Positions 9,889 to 19,235 of a DNA stretch of 64,000 nt are shown piece after piece. The notes below the pieces were generated by a model, which had not been told where the DNA came from, ran no database searches, and saw only the letters and a program-made list of their open reading frames with translations. Location of the stretch: NCBI GenBank assembly GCA_964552765.1, contig CAZKIA010000001.1, forward strand, positions 61,983 through 125,982, in the 5' to 3' direction. Position 1 is the first letter of the stretch. The number at the start of each line of letters is the position of its first letter. The DNA is from an uncultured Candidatus Saccharibacteria bacterium (GTDB lineage: Bacteria; Patescibacteriota; Saccharimonadia; Saccharimonadales; Saccharimonadaceae). The translations under genes and the position numbers were made by a program.

Positions 9889-10623
9889 ATGAATATCAAT
9901 ATATTAACGGGCATGGAAACACGTCCGCCAACGATCGATCAACATCATGTAATCCATCATTACCGCGAAATCGCATCAGATATATTTGCGCTTGATCTTG
10001 ATGATCAAACGTTACAGTGCTGGCTCGAACTGCTGAACTTAACACGGCAGATTGATGATGCAATCGATAACCCTTCTTATACGATATCACCGGTATCATC
10101 TCACCAGTTATTCCAGCAATTTTTGACTCCAGAGTATCTACGTGAAAATTTTCCTCACCTTTCTCCAGATGCCGATCCCCATCGCTATGAAGCAATGTGT
10201 AGTCATGCGATGCAAATTTTTGAACTCAATCACACCATAAAACAGACTACCTCGGCGTCAGAGTACATCCAGCATCGCCAGCATGAAGGCATCGTATTTG
10301 CAGATATCATGCTGCTCGCTTGTAGCGATACCGTACGGGCATCTGCCAAGTATGGTGAATTTGCCAGAAATTTTCGTCTCATGGGGGAGAGTGGTATTTT
10401 ATTCGATAGTATTATCGATGCACACAAAGACTATAAAAATGGCGAGATAGCGGTTGAACTTAGCTGGCAAGACAAGTGGCTCATGACCAAAAAGGCAGCT
10501 CGTCTCACGAAAGAAATGTCACCGGTCATATTTCGCCCCCGCGCCTTGAAGGCTCTTGGTCGATCTGGCCTCCGTGTTATTCGTGATCGTTGGATGGGTA
10601 AATACCCTATAGAACGCGATTGA
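9889..10623 (+). CDS. Hypothetical protein with a squalene/phytoene-synthase-like (class I isoprenoid synthase) motif pair
   Basis: LLNLTRQIDDAIDNP resembles the first Asp-rich motif (R..DD.iD). LFDSIIDAHKDYKNGEIAV resembles the second (N.lRD..eD...G). The match is by eye only. Confidence 0.4.
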   Translation: MNINILTGMETRPPTIDQHHVIHHYREIASDIFALDLDDQTLQCWLELLNLTRQIDDAIDNPSYTISPVSSHQLFQQFLTPEYLRENFPHLSPDADPHRYEAMCSHAMQIFELNHTIKQTTSASEYIQHRQHEGIVFADIMLLACSDTVRASAKYGEFARNFRLMGESGILFDSIIDAHKDYKNGEIAVELSWQDKWLMTKKAARLTKEMSPVIFRPRALKALGRSGLRVIRDRWMGKYPIERD

Positions 10624-12229
10624 TCTCTTCTAGCGTTGTCTCACCATGCAAGACCCTGAGGATACCATCTTGCATCATCGTCAACATTCCATCGCGCTTC
10701 GCCCCATCTTCTATTTCCCTTACATCAATATCTTTGATCTCACCGCGAATATATTTCTGCGTAGCATCAGTTACTACAAGCTGTTCCATGATCATGAGTC
10801 GACCCTTAAATCCAAATGGTGATTCAGGGGTGATACCGGGTTTATAGAGTTGAACTGTGTCAATGTCGGGCATGTCATAGCCATCGGGCAATGTTCCGAT
10901 CGTATCGCGTATCCACTGACGTGTTGTATCATCTGGGTCATAAGCAATTTTAGTCGCATCATCGAGCCGCCGCACAAGACGCTGGGACATCACCATGCGT
11001 ATTGCATTTGCAAAAATTGGATTCTGTCCAATCATGTCAATCATACGTGCAAACGCAGCAGCCGAACTCGACGCATGAAAAGTACTCAGTACAAGATGCC
11101 CTGTGATAGATGCCTGGATAGCTGTTCTTGCAGTATCGACATCACGAATTTCTCCCACCATAACAACATCCGGGTCAAGCCGCAGTACAGCACGAAGCTT
11201 CTCCGCAAAACTATCACCTGTCGTCGTGTTGACAGGGATCTGGCTAATACCTGCAATATTCATCTCAATTGGGTCTTCAAGCGTCAACAATTTGCGATCG
11301 GGTGTATTAAGGGCATTGAGGATACTGTAGAGCGTCGTACTTTTACCCGAACCCGTTGGCCCCACTACCATCACCATACCGTGGGGGTGCGTGATAACCT
11401 CTTCAATTCGACTACGGCGCGCATCATCAAGACCAAGACTTTCGATATTGAGAAGTGATTCATCGAAGTTAAAAAGTCGTATCACTGCATCTTGACCATA
11501 GCCGGTCGGGACAGTTTCAATACGCATATTAAGCAAACGGTCAGGATTATCCTTTGGAATATGGTGCATATGGCCACTTTGCGCACCCTGATCAGCTGTC
11601 GAGATATTAGCCCGGCTCGCGATCGATGCTAACAAAACGCGATATTTATCATGAGATATCTCAGCGATACGATGCAATGCCCCATCGACGCGAAAGCGAA
11701 TACGAACGTTTTCTCGTTGGTTTTCAATATGAATATCACTTGCCCCCAGATCATCTGCCTGCTCAATCAGATAGTTCAGGACGTCATCAGTTCGTACCCC
11801 TTCAAGCGTCTCTGAGACTTTCTGGATTGTTGTGCTATCGCCTTCTTCGGCAATCTCAACATCATCATACACCACCTCTTTGGGCGGATCGTACTTCAGC
11901 ATAAACTCGCGATAGCCCGCAAGACTGATCATGACAAACTCTACGATGGTTGACTTGCCGGAAAAATCATTTTTGATAGCTTTTATGACGGATTGCGGCG
12001 TACTTGACGTCACGCCAAATACTGCCGACTGCTGATCATTGCCCTCACGAAGTGGAATCAGCTTTTGCTGATACATTTGCTGAATAGTTAGTGAGCTATC
12101 CTGAACAAGCGGCGTCGTCTCAGCCATCCCTCTGGTATCAAGATAGTTTAACCCCAAAAGCCCAGCACGTTGCTGTGTACTCTGTTCTTCTTGATCACGA
12201 AATTTTGTCTGCTGCTTGTCATCATTCAT
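10607..12229 (-). CDS. pilB: Type IV pilus / type II secretion assembly ATPase (PilB/GspE family)
   Basis: Walker A is VVGPTGSGKSTT. It has Asp-box/Walker B-like LRLDPDVVMVGEIRD, a His box TGHLVLSTFH, and an N-terminal GspE_N-like region. Confidence 0.9.
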   Translation of the reverse strand: MNDDKQQTKFRDQEEQSTQQRAGLLGLNYLDTRGMAETTPLVQDSSLTIQQMYQQKLIPLREGNDQQSAVFGVTSSTPQSVIKAIKNDFSGKSTIVEFVMISLAGYREFMLKYDPPKEVVYDDVEIAEEGDSTTIQKVSETLEGVRTDDVLNYLIEQADDLGASDIHIENQRENVRIRFRVDGALHRIAEISHDKYRVLLASIASRANISTADQGAQSGHMHHIPKDNPDRLLNMRIETVPTGYGQDAVIRLFNFDESLLNIESLGLDDARRSRIEEVITHPHGMVMVVGPTGSGKSTTLYSILNALNTPDRKLLTLEDPIEMNIAGISQIPVNTTTGDSFAEKLRAVLRLDPDVVMVGEIRDVDTARTAIQASITGHLVLSTFHASSSAAAFARMIDMIGQNPIFANAIRMVMSQRLVRRLDDATKIAYDPDDTTRQWIRDTIGTLPDGYDMPDIDTVQLYKPGITPESPFGFKGRLMIMEQLVVTDATQKYIRGEIKDIDVREIEDGAKRDGMLTMMQDGILRVLHGETTLEEINRVL

Positions 12230-12252
12230 ACTACTTATGTTAGATGGTATGA

Positions 12253-12284
12253 AGTAAATAGTAAATGGTAGCTAGTAAATAGTA
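12253..12284. repeat. Two copies of AGTAAATAGTA spaced 21 bp apart in the pilB/trmH divergent region
   Basis: AGTAAATAGTA occurs at 12253-12263 and at 12274-12284. GTAAATA sub-repeats lie in between. Confidence 0.6.
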
Positions 12285-12328
12285 GACAGCAGCGAAAGAA
12301 GTCACATCGGTGCCGTATACTTATATAC

Positions 12329-12817
12329 ATGCGTTCACTGATTGTTGTTCTTCATAATATCCGTTCCACCCATAACGTGGGAAGTATTTTTCGTACCTGC
12401 GAAGGACTAGGCGTCGACAAAATCATCATCAGTGGGTATACGCCCTATCCTGAGGCGCCAGACGACACGCGCTTGCCTCATCTCCGCCAAAAGATTACAG
12501 CACAGATCCATAAAACTGCCTTAGGCGCAGAATATCTCGTCCCGTTTGAGTGTACTCAAAAGATAGATTTCACTTCATTACAAAGTAGCGGCTATCGAAT
12601 CGTAGGGCTTGAGCAAGCACCTCACTCAATCTCCTTGGCTGATTACCAGCCGCCAGATCGCGTTGCACTATTACTTGGCGAGGAGGTCGCTGGCATCTCA
12701 CCACAACTACTTCGCAACTGTGATGATATTGTAGAAATCCCCATGTACGGCCAAAAAGAATCATTTAATGTGAGTGTCGCCGCAGGTATTGCCCTCTATG
12801 GGCTACGTATGGCATAA
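12329..12817 (+). CDS. SpoU/TrmH-family RNA 2'-O-methyltransferase
   Basis: SPOUT motifs are present: LHNIRSTHNVGSIFRTCEGLG, LLLGEEVAGIS and IPMYGQKESFNVSVAAGIALY. TATACT lies 7 nt upstream of the ATG. Confidence 0.85.
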   Translation: MRSLIVVLHNIRSTHNVGSIFRTCEGLGVDKIIISGYTPYPEAPDDTRLPHLRQKITAQIHKTALGAEYLVPFECTQKIDFTSLQSSGYRIVGLEQAPHSISLADYQPPDRVALLLGEEVAGISPQLLRNCDDIVEIPMYGQKESFNVSVAAGIALYGLRMA

Positions 12818-12833
12818 TAACCATAAGCACGCT

Positions 12834-13886
12834 ATGAAGAAAAAACAAAAAAATAAAAAACCGGGGGCTCATCCGCATCATTTGCACGCCATACGAGCAC
12901 TATTATTTGGTGTAATGTTAATCGCGGTCGCTCTTATCCGCTTTGATGGGGCCAACCTTCCTCAGCTAGCTCGCCAAGACTCGGCTCCAGCCGTTCTATC
13001 GTATGCTACTTCGATGAGTCGATCAGCACTGCTAGCAGAAAATAATGCCTCACGCGCTGCCAATGGTCTTGGGGCATTTTCACTCAACGGTGCACTTAAT
13101 AATTCCGCTCAGGCGAAGGCTCAGCATATGGCCGATAACAATTACTGGGCGCATGTAGCACCTGATGGCACCCAGCCATGGTATTTTTTTGAAGCTGCCG
13201 GCTATAGCTACTCAGCGGCAGGCGAGAATCTTGCCTATGGGTTTGATACCTCCTATGCCGTCAATCAAGGTTGGATGAATAGTGCCGGTCACCGCGCAAA
13301 TATTCTCGGTAATTATGTCGACGTTGGCTACGGTATCGTCAATGTACCGAATTACCAAGGAGGAGAATACACTATCGTGGTTGCTCATTACGCTACGCCG
13401 TATAACTACACTCCTCCGGCTCCTGTAGCACCAGCCCCAGCACCTGCGGCACCAGCCCCATCTACACCAGAGCCATCTGCTACTTCTACACCAACATCTC
13501 CATCGACCCCGACACAGATAGCGTCTTTACCAGCGACACCAATATCACCTACCCAGACACCTGCACTGCAACCCACTGAAACTCCCAACAAAGAAACTGC
13601 GACATTGTCGCCCCAATCTGCCCCCGCACCGGTGAGCGTTGCTGCTGCTAAAAATATTTCAGTTCTCGATATGCTTGAAATGGGTACATTATCGAGCGTT
13701 GGCATTGCCAGTCTTGCGCTTATGGTCATGGCGGCCATAGGCTATGCTCTGACACATCGTACATTGATGCAACATGCCTATGCAACCAGTGAGCGTTTTG
13801 TTGTCTCTCATCCTACGTTTGATATCATTGCCTTGACACTCGCAATGGCACTTATTCTGACAACTACTGCTGCACACCTTCAATAG
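12834..13886 (+). CDS. CAP/SCP (YkwD-like) domain protein with a P/A/T-rich linker and C-terminal membrane anchor
   Basis: The order is an N-terminal TM segment, a CAP-like block (WMNSAGHRANILGNYVDVGYG), a ~90-aa Pro/Ala/Thr/Ser linker, then two C-terminal hydrophobic segments. The start is taken at MKKKQKNKK. The track start at 12774 overlaps trmH. Confidence 0.7.
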   Translation: MKKKQKNKKPGAHPHHLHAIRALLFGVMLIAVALIRFDGANLPQLARQDSAPAVLSYATSMSRSALLAENNASRAANGLGAFSLNGALNNSAQAKAQHMADNNYWAHVAPDGTQPWYFFEAAGYSYSAAGENLAYGFDTSYAVNQGWMNSAGHRANILGNYVDVGYGIVNVPNYQGGEYTIVVAHYATPYNYTPPAPVAPAPAPAAPAPSTPEPSATSTPTSPSTPTQIASLPATPISPTQTPALQPTETPNKETATLSPQSAPAPVSVAAAKNISVLDMLEMGTLSSVGIASLALMVMAAIGYALTHRTLMQHAYATSERFVVSHPTFDIIALTLAMALILTTTAAHLQ

Positions 13887-16800
13887 TTAAGTAAACTTAA
13901 TTGTTCCTTCGCCGTAAATTGTCTCTACGCGCGAGATAAGCTCGCTGGCCGCTTGGGCCCGAAATGGTAAGCGAATCGCTGAATTCTTTGCCTCACCAAG
14001 TACAAGAATAATCTCACTTTCACCGGGAAACTCATTAAATGTTTTCTTAAGTTGTAGTAATTTTTCTTGATCAGTTGGATCCGTGACGCGCACATATATC
14101 TTTGGTAATTTCTCCTCAATAGGCGTGTAGGTGTAGGCTGGCGCTGGTGGAGTCTTCGGCGCACTCGTAATAGCTTTCTTCGGCTTCGGTGCTTTCATCT
14201 TTTTGCCCGTGCTCTCATAGGTATCCAGTTCTTCATTTGTTACAAATATCACTTCATCGGCAAGAATTTTAGGATCACTCAGCGGATTGCCTTCTTTGTC
14301 AGTGCTACTAACTTTGCCGCTCACGCGTATCACCGCATCCTGGATGAGCGATTCACCTACAGACTCATACACCGATGGAAAGAGAATTAATTCTCCCTCG
14401 CCACTCTTATCCTCTAGGGCAACGAAGGCCATCTTACTACCACTCTTCGTCAAAATCGTCCGCACACTTGATATCACACCTCCTACCATGACGGCTCGAC
14501 GATCGTGTTCGGGTGTGACACTACCGAGCGGCACCGTTTGTTCTTCAAAATATGCATCATATCGATCTAGTGGGTGCGCACTGAGATAGAGCCCAAGAAG
14601 CTCCCTTTCCCACTGCAGCATCTCACGCTCATGATGAACCTCTGGTGCTGATGCGAGTTGAATCTCTGGCACACTAACAACATCGCTCATTGCACCAAAC
14701 AGGTCAGCTTGATTACTAGCGGCGTCACGCTGAACTTTGCTGGCATAGCCCGTTATGGTATCGAGGTTAAATAGTAAGTCCGACCGTGATGCATAGCTGT
14801 CATAGGCACCGGATTTAATAAGTGATTCCCACGCACGGCGATTAAATTTACCGGTACTTACACGACGAGCAAAATCACCAATACCCTTAAACTCTCCATC
14901 TTCGTCACGTGCTCGTATTAATTCTTCAACTGCATTTTCGCCTACACCCTTTACTGCCACCATACCAAAGCGAATCTCATTTTTATTCGGTACTATCGCA
15001 AACTCTTTATAGCTAAGGTTGACATCGGGCGGTAATACTTTTATGCCCATATGACGACACTCTGATATTTCGATCGCCAAACGATCAATATCGTCTCGGT
15101 CACTCGTCATCAGTGCCGCCATGAACGCATCGGGATAATGCGCTTTGAGATACGCTGTCCAATAGGCGATCAGTGCATAGCAAGCGGAGTGCGATTTGTT
15201 AAAGGCGTAGTCGGCAAATCCTAGGATATCGCGCCAGATCTTCTCGACAGTTTGCCGCGGTACGCCATTTTCGATGGCTCCCTCGATAAACTTTTCACCC
15301 ATCTTCTTCATCACTTCAGGGATTTTTTTACCAATACCCTTACGCAGTGTGTCTGATTCTCCGCCGGTAAAGCCTGACATCTCTCGGCTCATCTGCATCA
15401 CCTGCTCCTGATAGACGATCACCCCATACGTTGATGCCAGCGCATTCTTAGTGAGCTCATGTTCGTACGTCACTTTTTCAACGCCATTTTTTCGTCGGAC
15501 AAATGAGTCGGTTAGCCCAGCACCGAGCGGGCCTGGTCGATACAGCGCACACATCGCAATGATATCGTTAAATTCTGTTGGTTTCAGTTCTTTTAGGTAT
15601 CGTTTCATGCCAGCAGATTCTAGCTGAAAGACGCCTGTCGTATCACCGCGCTGAAAGAGCTCGTACGTCTTTGGATCATCAAGCGGAACCTCACTGAGGT
15701 TGATCTCGTCTTTGTATACTTTTTTGATAATACGAAGTGCATTATTGATAATCGTTAAGTTACTAAGTCCTAGAAAATCCATTTTCAACAGCCCAAGATC
15801 TTCGATTGGGCCCATTGGATACTGGGTCGCAACAACGCCTTTTTGCGCCATCTCAAGCGGAGCGAATTTGACGATATCATCTGGTGCAATCACCACGCCT
15901 GCCGCATGCACGCCATGACTACGAATTGTACCCTCAAGGCGAATCGCGTAATCTATCACTTCTTTTGCGGTCTGATTCGTTTCATAGGCATTTTTCAAAT
16001 CAGGATCTGAGGCCACACTTTTGCTAAGGGGGATATGTCGACCCTGAATTGGCGGAGGAATAAGCTTTGCTAGCTTATCGGCCTCTGCATACGGCACCTG
16101 GAGTACTCGTGCTACATCGCGAACGGCTGCTCGTGCCGCCATCTTACCGAAAGTCGTAATATTAGCGACACGCTCAGAGCCATATTTTTCAACGCAATAC
16201 TGAATCACTTCATCGCGGCGCGTATCCTGAATATCTATATCTATATCAGGCATTGAGATACGATCAGGATTTAAAAATCGCTCAAAAAGCAAATCATACT
16301 TTAGCGGGTCTAGTTCAGTAATATTCAACCCATAAGCAATAATTGACCCTGCCGCCGAACCGCGTCCTGGCCCAAAAATAATCCCTTGATTCTTGCCCCA
16401 GTTGATAAAATCATGAATAATCAAAAAATACCCGTTAAACCCCATGTTTTGTATGACTTCAAGCTCATACTCAGCTCGTTTGATAACTTCTTCGCTCAAT
16501 GATCGACGAACTTCTTCGATAGTCATTGCTTCGCTTGTCGCTTTGGCTATGCTGCCATAGCGCCAGGCTAAGCCCTGCCAAACAAGCCGATCAAGATGAC
16601 TTTTTTCGGTTTCTCCATCTGGCACGGGGAAATGAGGGATTAAGATTTTACCGAATTCTAACTGCACATCACAGCGATCAGCGATAGCTTTGGTATTCGT
16701 GATCAGGTCGGGATGCTCCTTGCCCCAACGCTCTATAACGTCTTCCGGTTTGGTTACATGCAGATGATAGTCACGCAGGCTCATTCTATCTTCATCGGCC

Positions 16801-17528
16801 AAGAACGCTGCCGTTCCGACACAGAGCAATATCTCATGCGCTTCTTGATCTGCCGCATCAAGATAATGAGCGTCACTGGTGATCACGCACGGGATATCTG
16901 TCTCTTTGGCGAGTTGCAGAATCTTCGTATTGGTTGCGACCTGCTCTTTCGTCGTGTGATCTTGTATCTCTAGGTAGTAACGATCACCAAAAATACTCCG
17001 ATACCATTCGGCGGTCTTTTTAGCTTCGGCCATCGTTTCGTTCCGAACTTTTTCAGCGACTTCTCCACCAAGGCATGCACTCAATGCGATGAGTCCTTCA
17101 TTGTATTTCTCAAGAAGATGATGGTCAATGCGCGGCTTATAGTAGACACCTTCGAGGTTGGCTATCGTGCTTAACTTCATAAGATTCTGATAACCAGTGT
17201 TATTCATTGCGAGCAAAATCAAGTGATATCGTGCCTTGTCCTTTGCTGGATCACGATCATGGATGGTACGTGCGGCGACATAGGTCTCCATGCCAATAAT
17301 CGGCCGAATGTCTTCAGCTTTACACGCTTTATAAAACTCTATAGCCCCTGATAATGTACCGTGGTCGGTCATGGCGACTGCTTCCATGCCGAGCTCTTTC
17401 ACCCTCGCGACCAATTCATTTACCTTAGTAAGACCGTCCAGCAAACTGTGGTGAGTGTGGTTATGCAGGTGTACAAAATCACTAGGCTTCAATGCCACAT
17501 CTGATTGTGGGTGTTTCCCTCTCGTCAT
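13887..17528 (-). CDS. dnaE: DNA polymerase III alpha subunit
   Basis: 1213 aa. It has a PHP domain (FVHLHNHTHHSLLDG), a Pol IIIA core (GPGRGSAAGS, PDIDIDI) and a C-terminal OB region. Confidence 0.95.
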   Translation of the reverse strand: MTRGKHPQSDVALKPSDFVHLHNHTHHSLLDGLTKVNELVARVKELGMEAVAMTDHGTLSGAIEFYKACKAEDIRPIIGMETYVAARTIHDRDPAKDKARYHLILLAMNNTGYQNLMKLSTIANLEGVYYKPRIDHHLLEKYNEGLIALSACLGGEVAEKVRNETMAEAKKTAEWYRSIFGDRYYLEIQDHTTKEQVATNTKILQLAKETDIPCVITSDAHYLDAADQEAHEILLCVGTAAFLADEDRMSLRDYHLHVTKPEDVIERWGKEHPDLITNTKAIADRCDVQLEFGKILIPHFPVPDGETEKSHLDRLVWQGLAWRYGSIAKATSEAMTIEEVRRSLSEEVIKRAEYELEVIQNMGFNGYFLIIHDFINWGKNQGIIFGPGRGSAAGSIIAYGLNITELDPLKYDLLFERFLNPDRISMPDIDIDIQDTRRDEVIQYCVEKYGSERVANITTFGKMAARAAVRDVARVLQVPYAEADKLAKLIPPPIQGRHIPLSKSVASDPDLKNAYETNQTAKEVIDYAIRLEGTIRSHGVHAAGVVIAPDDIVKFAPLEMAQKGVVATQYPMGPIEDLGLLKMDFLGLSNLTIINNALRIIKKVYKDEINLSEVPLDDPKTYELFQRGDTTGVFQLESAGMKRYLKELKPTEFNDIIAMCALYRPGPLGAGLTDSFVRRKNGVEKVTYEHELTKNALASTYGVIVYQEQVMQMSREMSGFTGGESDTLRKGIGKKIPEVMKKMGEKFIEGAIENGVPRQTVEKIWRDILGFADYAFNKSHSACYALIAYWTAYLKAHYPDAFMAALMTSDRDDIDRLAIEISECRHMGIKVLPPDVNLSYKEFAIVPNKNEIRFGMVAVKGVGENAVEELIRARDEDGEFKGIGDFARRVSTGKFNRRAWESLIKSGAYDSYASRSDLLFNLDTITGYASKVQRDAASNQADLFGAMSDVVSVPEIQLASAPEVHHEREMLQWERELLGLYLSAHPLDRYDAYFEEQTVPLGSVTPEHDRRAVMVGGVISSVRTILTKSGSKMAFVALEDKSGEGELILFPSVYESVGESLIQDAVIRVSGKVSSTDKEGNPLSDPKILADEVIFVTNEELDTYESTGKKMKAPKPKKAITSAPKTPPAPAYTYTPIEEKLPKIYVRVTDPTDQEKLLQLKKTFNEFPGESEIILVLGEAKNSAIRLPFRAQAASELISRVETIYGEGTIKFT

Positions 17529-17590
17529 ATACCTTCCAGTATACCATCTACAGCACGAGGTGACAGTGCCGTAGGAGAAGTACAGTAACG

Positions 17591-17833
17591 CTACTTACGA
17601 AACTTTTTGATCTGATCAAAGACAAACTTACCGATAAGTGCCGGGGATGAAAACTTAGCCGCGTTGCCCGTGATATTCGCAATATGCTCTGAAGTCACAC
17701 GTGCATTGTCGGCCACTGCGCGAATTTGCTTCGTGACTCGAATGAGGATAATTGTCAAAACAATAGCGAGGATCAAAAACAAGGCCAAAAATACCGACAA
17801 GATAATAACTAAAATTTCTGCTGCGCCTGACAT
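17591..17833 (-). CDS. Small single-pass membrane protein (DUF948-like)
   Basis: 80 aa, with an N-terminal TM helix followed by an amphipathic tail. The family call is from memory only. Confidence 0.45.
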   Translation of the reverse strand: MSGAAEILVIILSVFLALFLILAIVLTIILIRVTKQIRAVADNARVTSEHIANITGNAAKFSSPALIGKFVFDQIKKFRK

Positions 17834-17857
17834 ATATTCTCCTTATTCTGTAATCAT

Positions 17858-17902
17858 AAACACCGGACAGGTGATATATGTAGTATACCATGTCCGGTGT
17901 TT
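17858..17902 (-). terminator. Long hairpin downstream of the GlsB-family gene
   Basis: Perfect 12-bp inverted repeat AAACACCGGACA (17858-17869) / TGTCCGGTGTTT (17891-17902). A T-rich tail follows on the minus strand. Confidence 0.55.
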
Positions 17903-17931
17903 GATAAAGCGTAATGCCGGTTACGTATGGG

Positions 17932-18213
17932 TTATACCGTACGACGACCAGTCACGAGCTTGAAGACAAATAGTACAATCACGGCACCTACTGTCGCAAC
18001 GACGAGCTTCGTTATGATATCAGAGCCGTCTGTGGTGCCTCCAAGGCCAAGCATTGGTAGTAATAGGTTTGCAACAAGTGCACCAACAATACCAACAACC
18101 ACGTTCGCAAGTACGCCCATTGATGCATCAGTCTTCATGACCATGCTTGCGAGCCATCCTGCAATACCACCGATAATAATTGTTCCTAGCCAACCGCCCA
18201 AACCTGCATCCAT
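17932..18213 (-). CDS. GlsB/YeaQ/YmgE-family (transglycosylase-associated) small membrane protein
   Basis: 93 aa. GGIAGWLASMVM...GVLANVVVGIVGALVANLLL is typical of the family. Confidence 0.75.
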   Translation of the reverse strand: MDAGLGGWLGTIIIGGIAGWLASMVMKTDASMGVLANVVVGIVGALVANLLLPMLGLGGTTDGSDIITKLVVATVGAVIVLFVFKLVTGRRTV

Positions 18214-18328
18214 AGTGTAACTCCTTACTTATGTTGTTATGGCATAAGTCTAGCATGTTGATATGACAACAAAATGTACGCTGGTTCACAAAATCGTAAG
18301 ATACACTATTTACAGAGGTAAGATAGAT

Positions 18329-19210
18329 TTATTTTGTCAGTCGATCAGTCAGATATGCACGAAAATCAGCCCCGATCTTGGGATGACCCAGTGCCACTTC
18401 GACAAGTGCCTGAAGATATTTCATCGGATCACCTGCATCAAGCCATGTGCCTTCGATCACCTGCCCATAGACTTCACCGCGCTCTGCAAGCTTGTTGATA
18501 TTTGTCGAAAGTGTTAGCTCACCTTTTGCATCAACATTTTTCTCTGCCAGAATTGGAAAGATATCAGGCGTCAATATATACCCAAGTAATGATGTATAGT
18601 CACTTGGTCGGTTTGCTTCGCCTGGTTTTTCAACAAGACCCGTTACTTCGATTGTACCTTCACCAAGATCATGACCAACCCGAGCCATACCATACATATC
18701 ACCGTCGCCCGGCCCTGCTTTCATAAGTGATACGATATTTTTGCCACCCGATCGGTTAAAAGCATCTTTTAGCTGCACGGCGCGGGGCACCTCACTATGG
18801 TAAAAATCATCTGCCGTCAGGACAAAAAATGGTTCATCGTCATCGATCATATGTTGCGCATTGAGTACCGGCAGCGCATTGCCTTTTGGCTCACCTTTTT
18901 GTCGAATATAGACAAAATTCGCCATCTCGGCAATCGCTTTCAACTGATCTGCCATAGCAATTTTGCCTTTTTCTCGAAGCTCTGCCTCCATACCATCAGA
19001 GCGGTCAAAGTGATCTTCAATCGCCCGTTTAGTCGAACCTGTCACGATAATGACGTCCGTCACGCCTGCCGCTACTGCATCTTCTACAACAAGCTGGATA
19101 ACTGGCTTATCAATGATCGGCAGCATTTCCTTGGGCATTGCTTTTGTTTGCGGTAAAAATCGTGTTCCAAGTCCCGCGGCGAGAATGATGGCTTTTGTTG
19201 GCTGTTTCAT
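18329..19210 (-). CDS. galU: UTP-glucose-1-phosphate uridylyltransferase
   Basis: It has KAIILAAGLGTRFLPQTKAMPKEMLPIIDKPVIQ and the VEKP motif. The start is taken at MKQPTKAI, which avoids the overlap with gatB that the track start 19243 creates. Confidence 0.85.
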   Translation of the reverse strand: MKQPTKAIILAAGLGTRFLPQTKAMPKEMLPIIDKPVIQLVVEDAVAAGVTDVIIVTGSTKRAIEDHFDRSDGMEAELREKGKIAMADQLKAIAEMANFVYIRQKGEPKGNALPVLNAQHMIDDDEPFFVLTADDFYHSEVPRAVQLKDAFNRSGGKNIVSLMKAGPGDGDMYGMARVGHDLGEGTIEVTGLVEKPGEANRPSDYTSLLGYILTPDIFPILAEKNVDAKGELTLSTNINKLAERGEVYGQVIEGTWLDAGDPMKYLQALVEVALGHPKIGADFRAYLTDRLTK

Positions 19211-19235
19211 ACCTATGACCTCCTTGATCACTGTT

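Noticed and set aside
13406-13738. 110-aa antisense ORF in the Pro/Ala/Thr-rich linker of the CAP-domain gene
   Set aside because: It is a Gly/Ala/Val-rich mirror image of a low-complexity coding tract. No independent signals support it.
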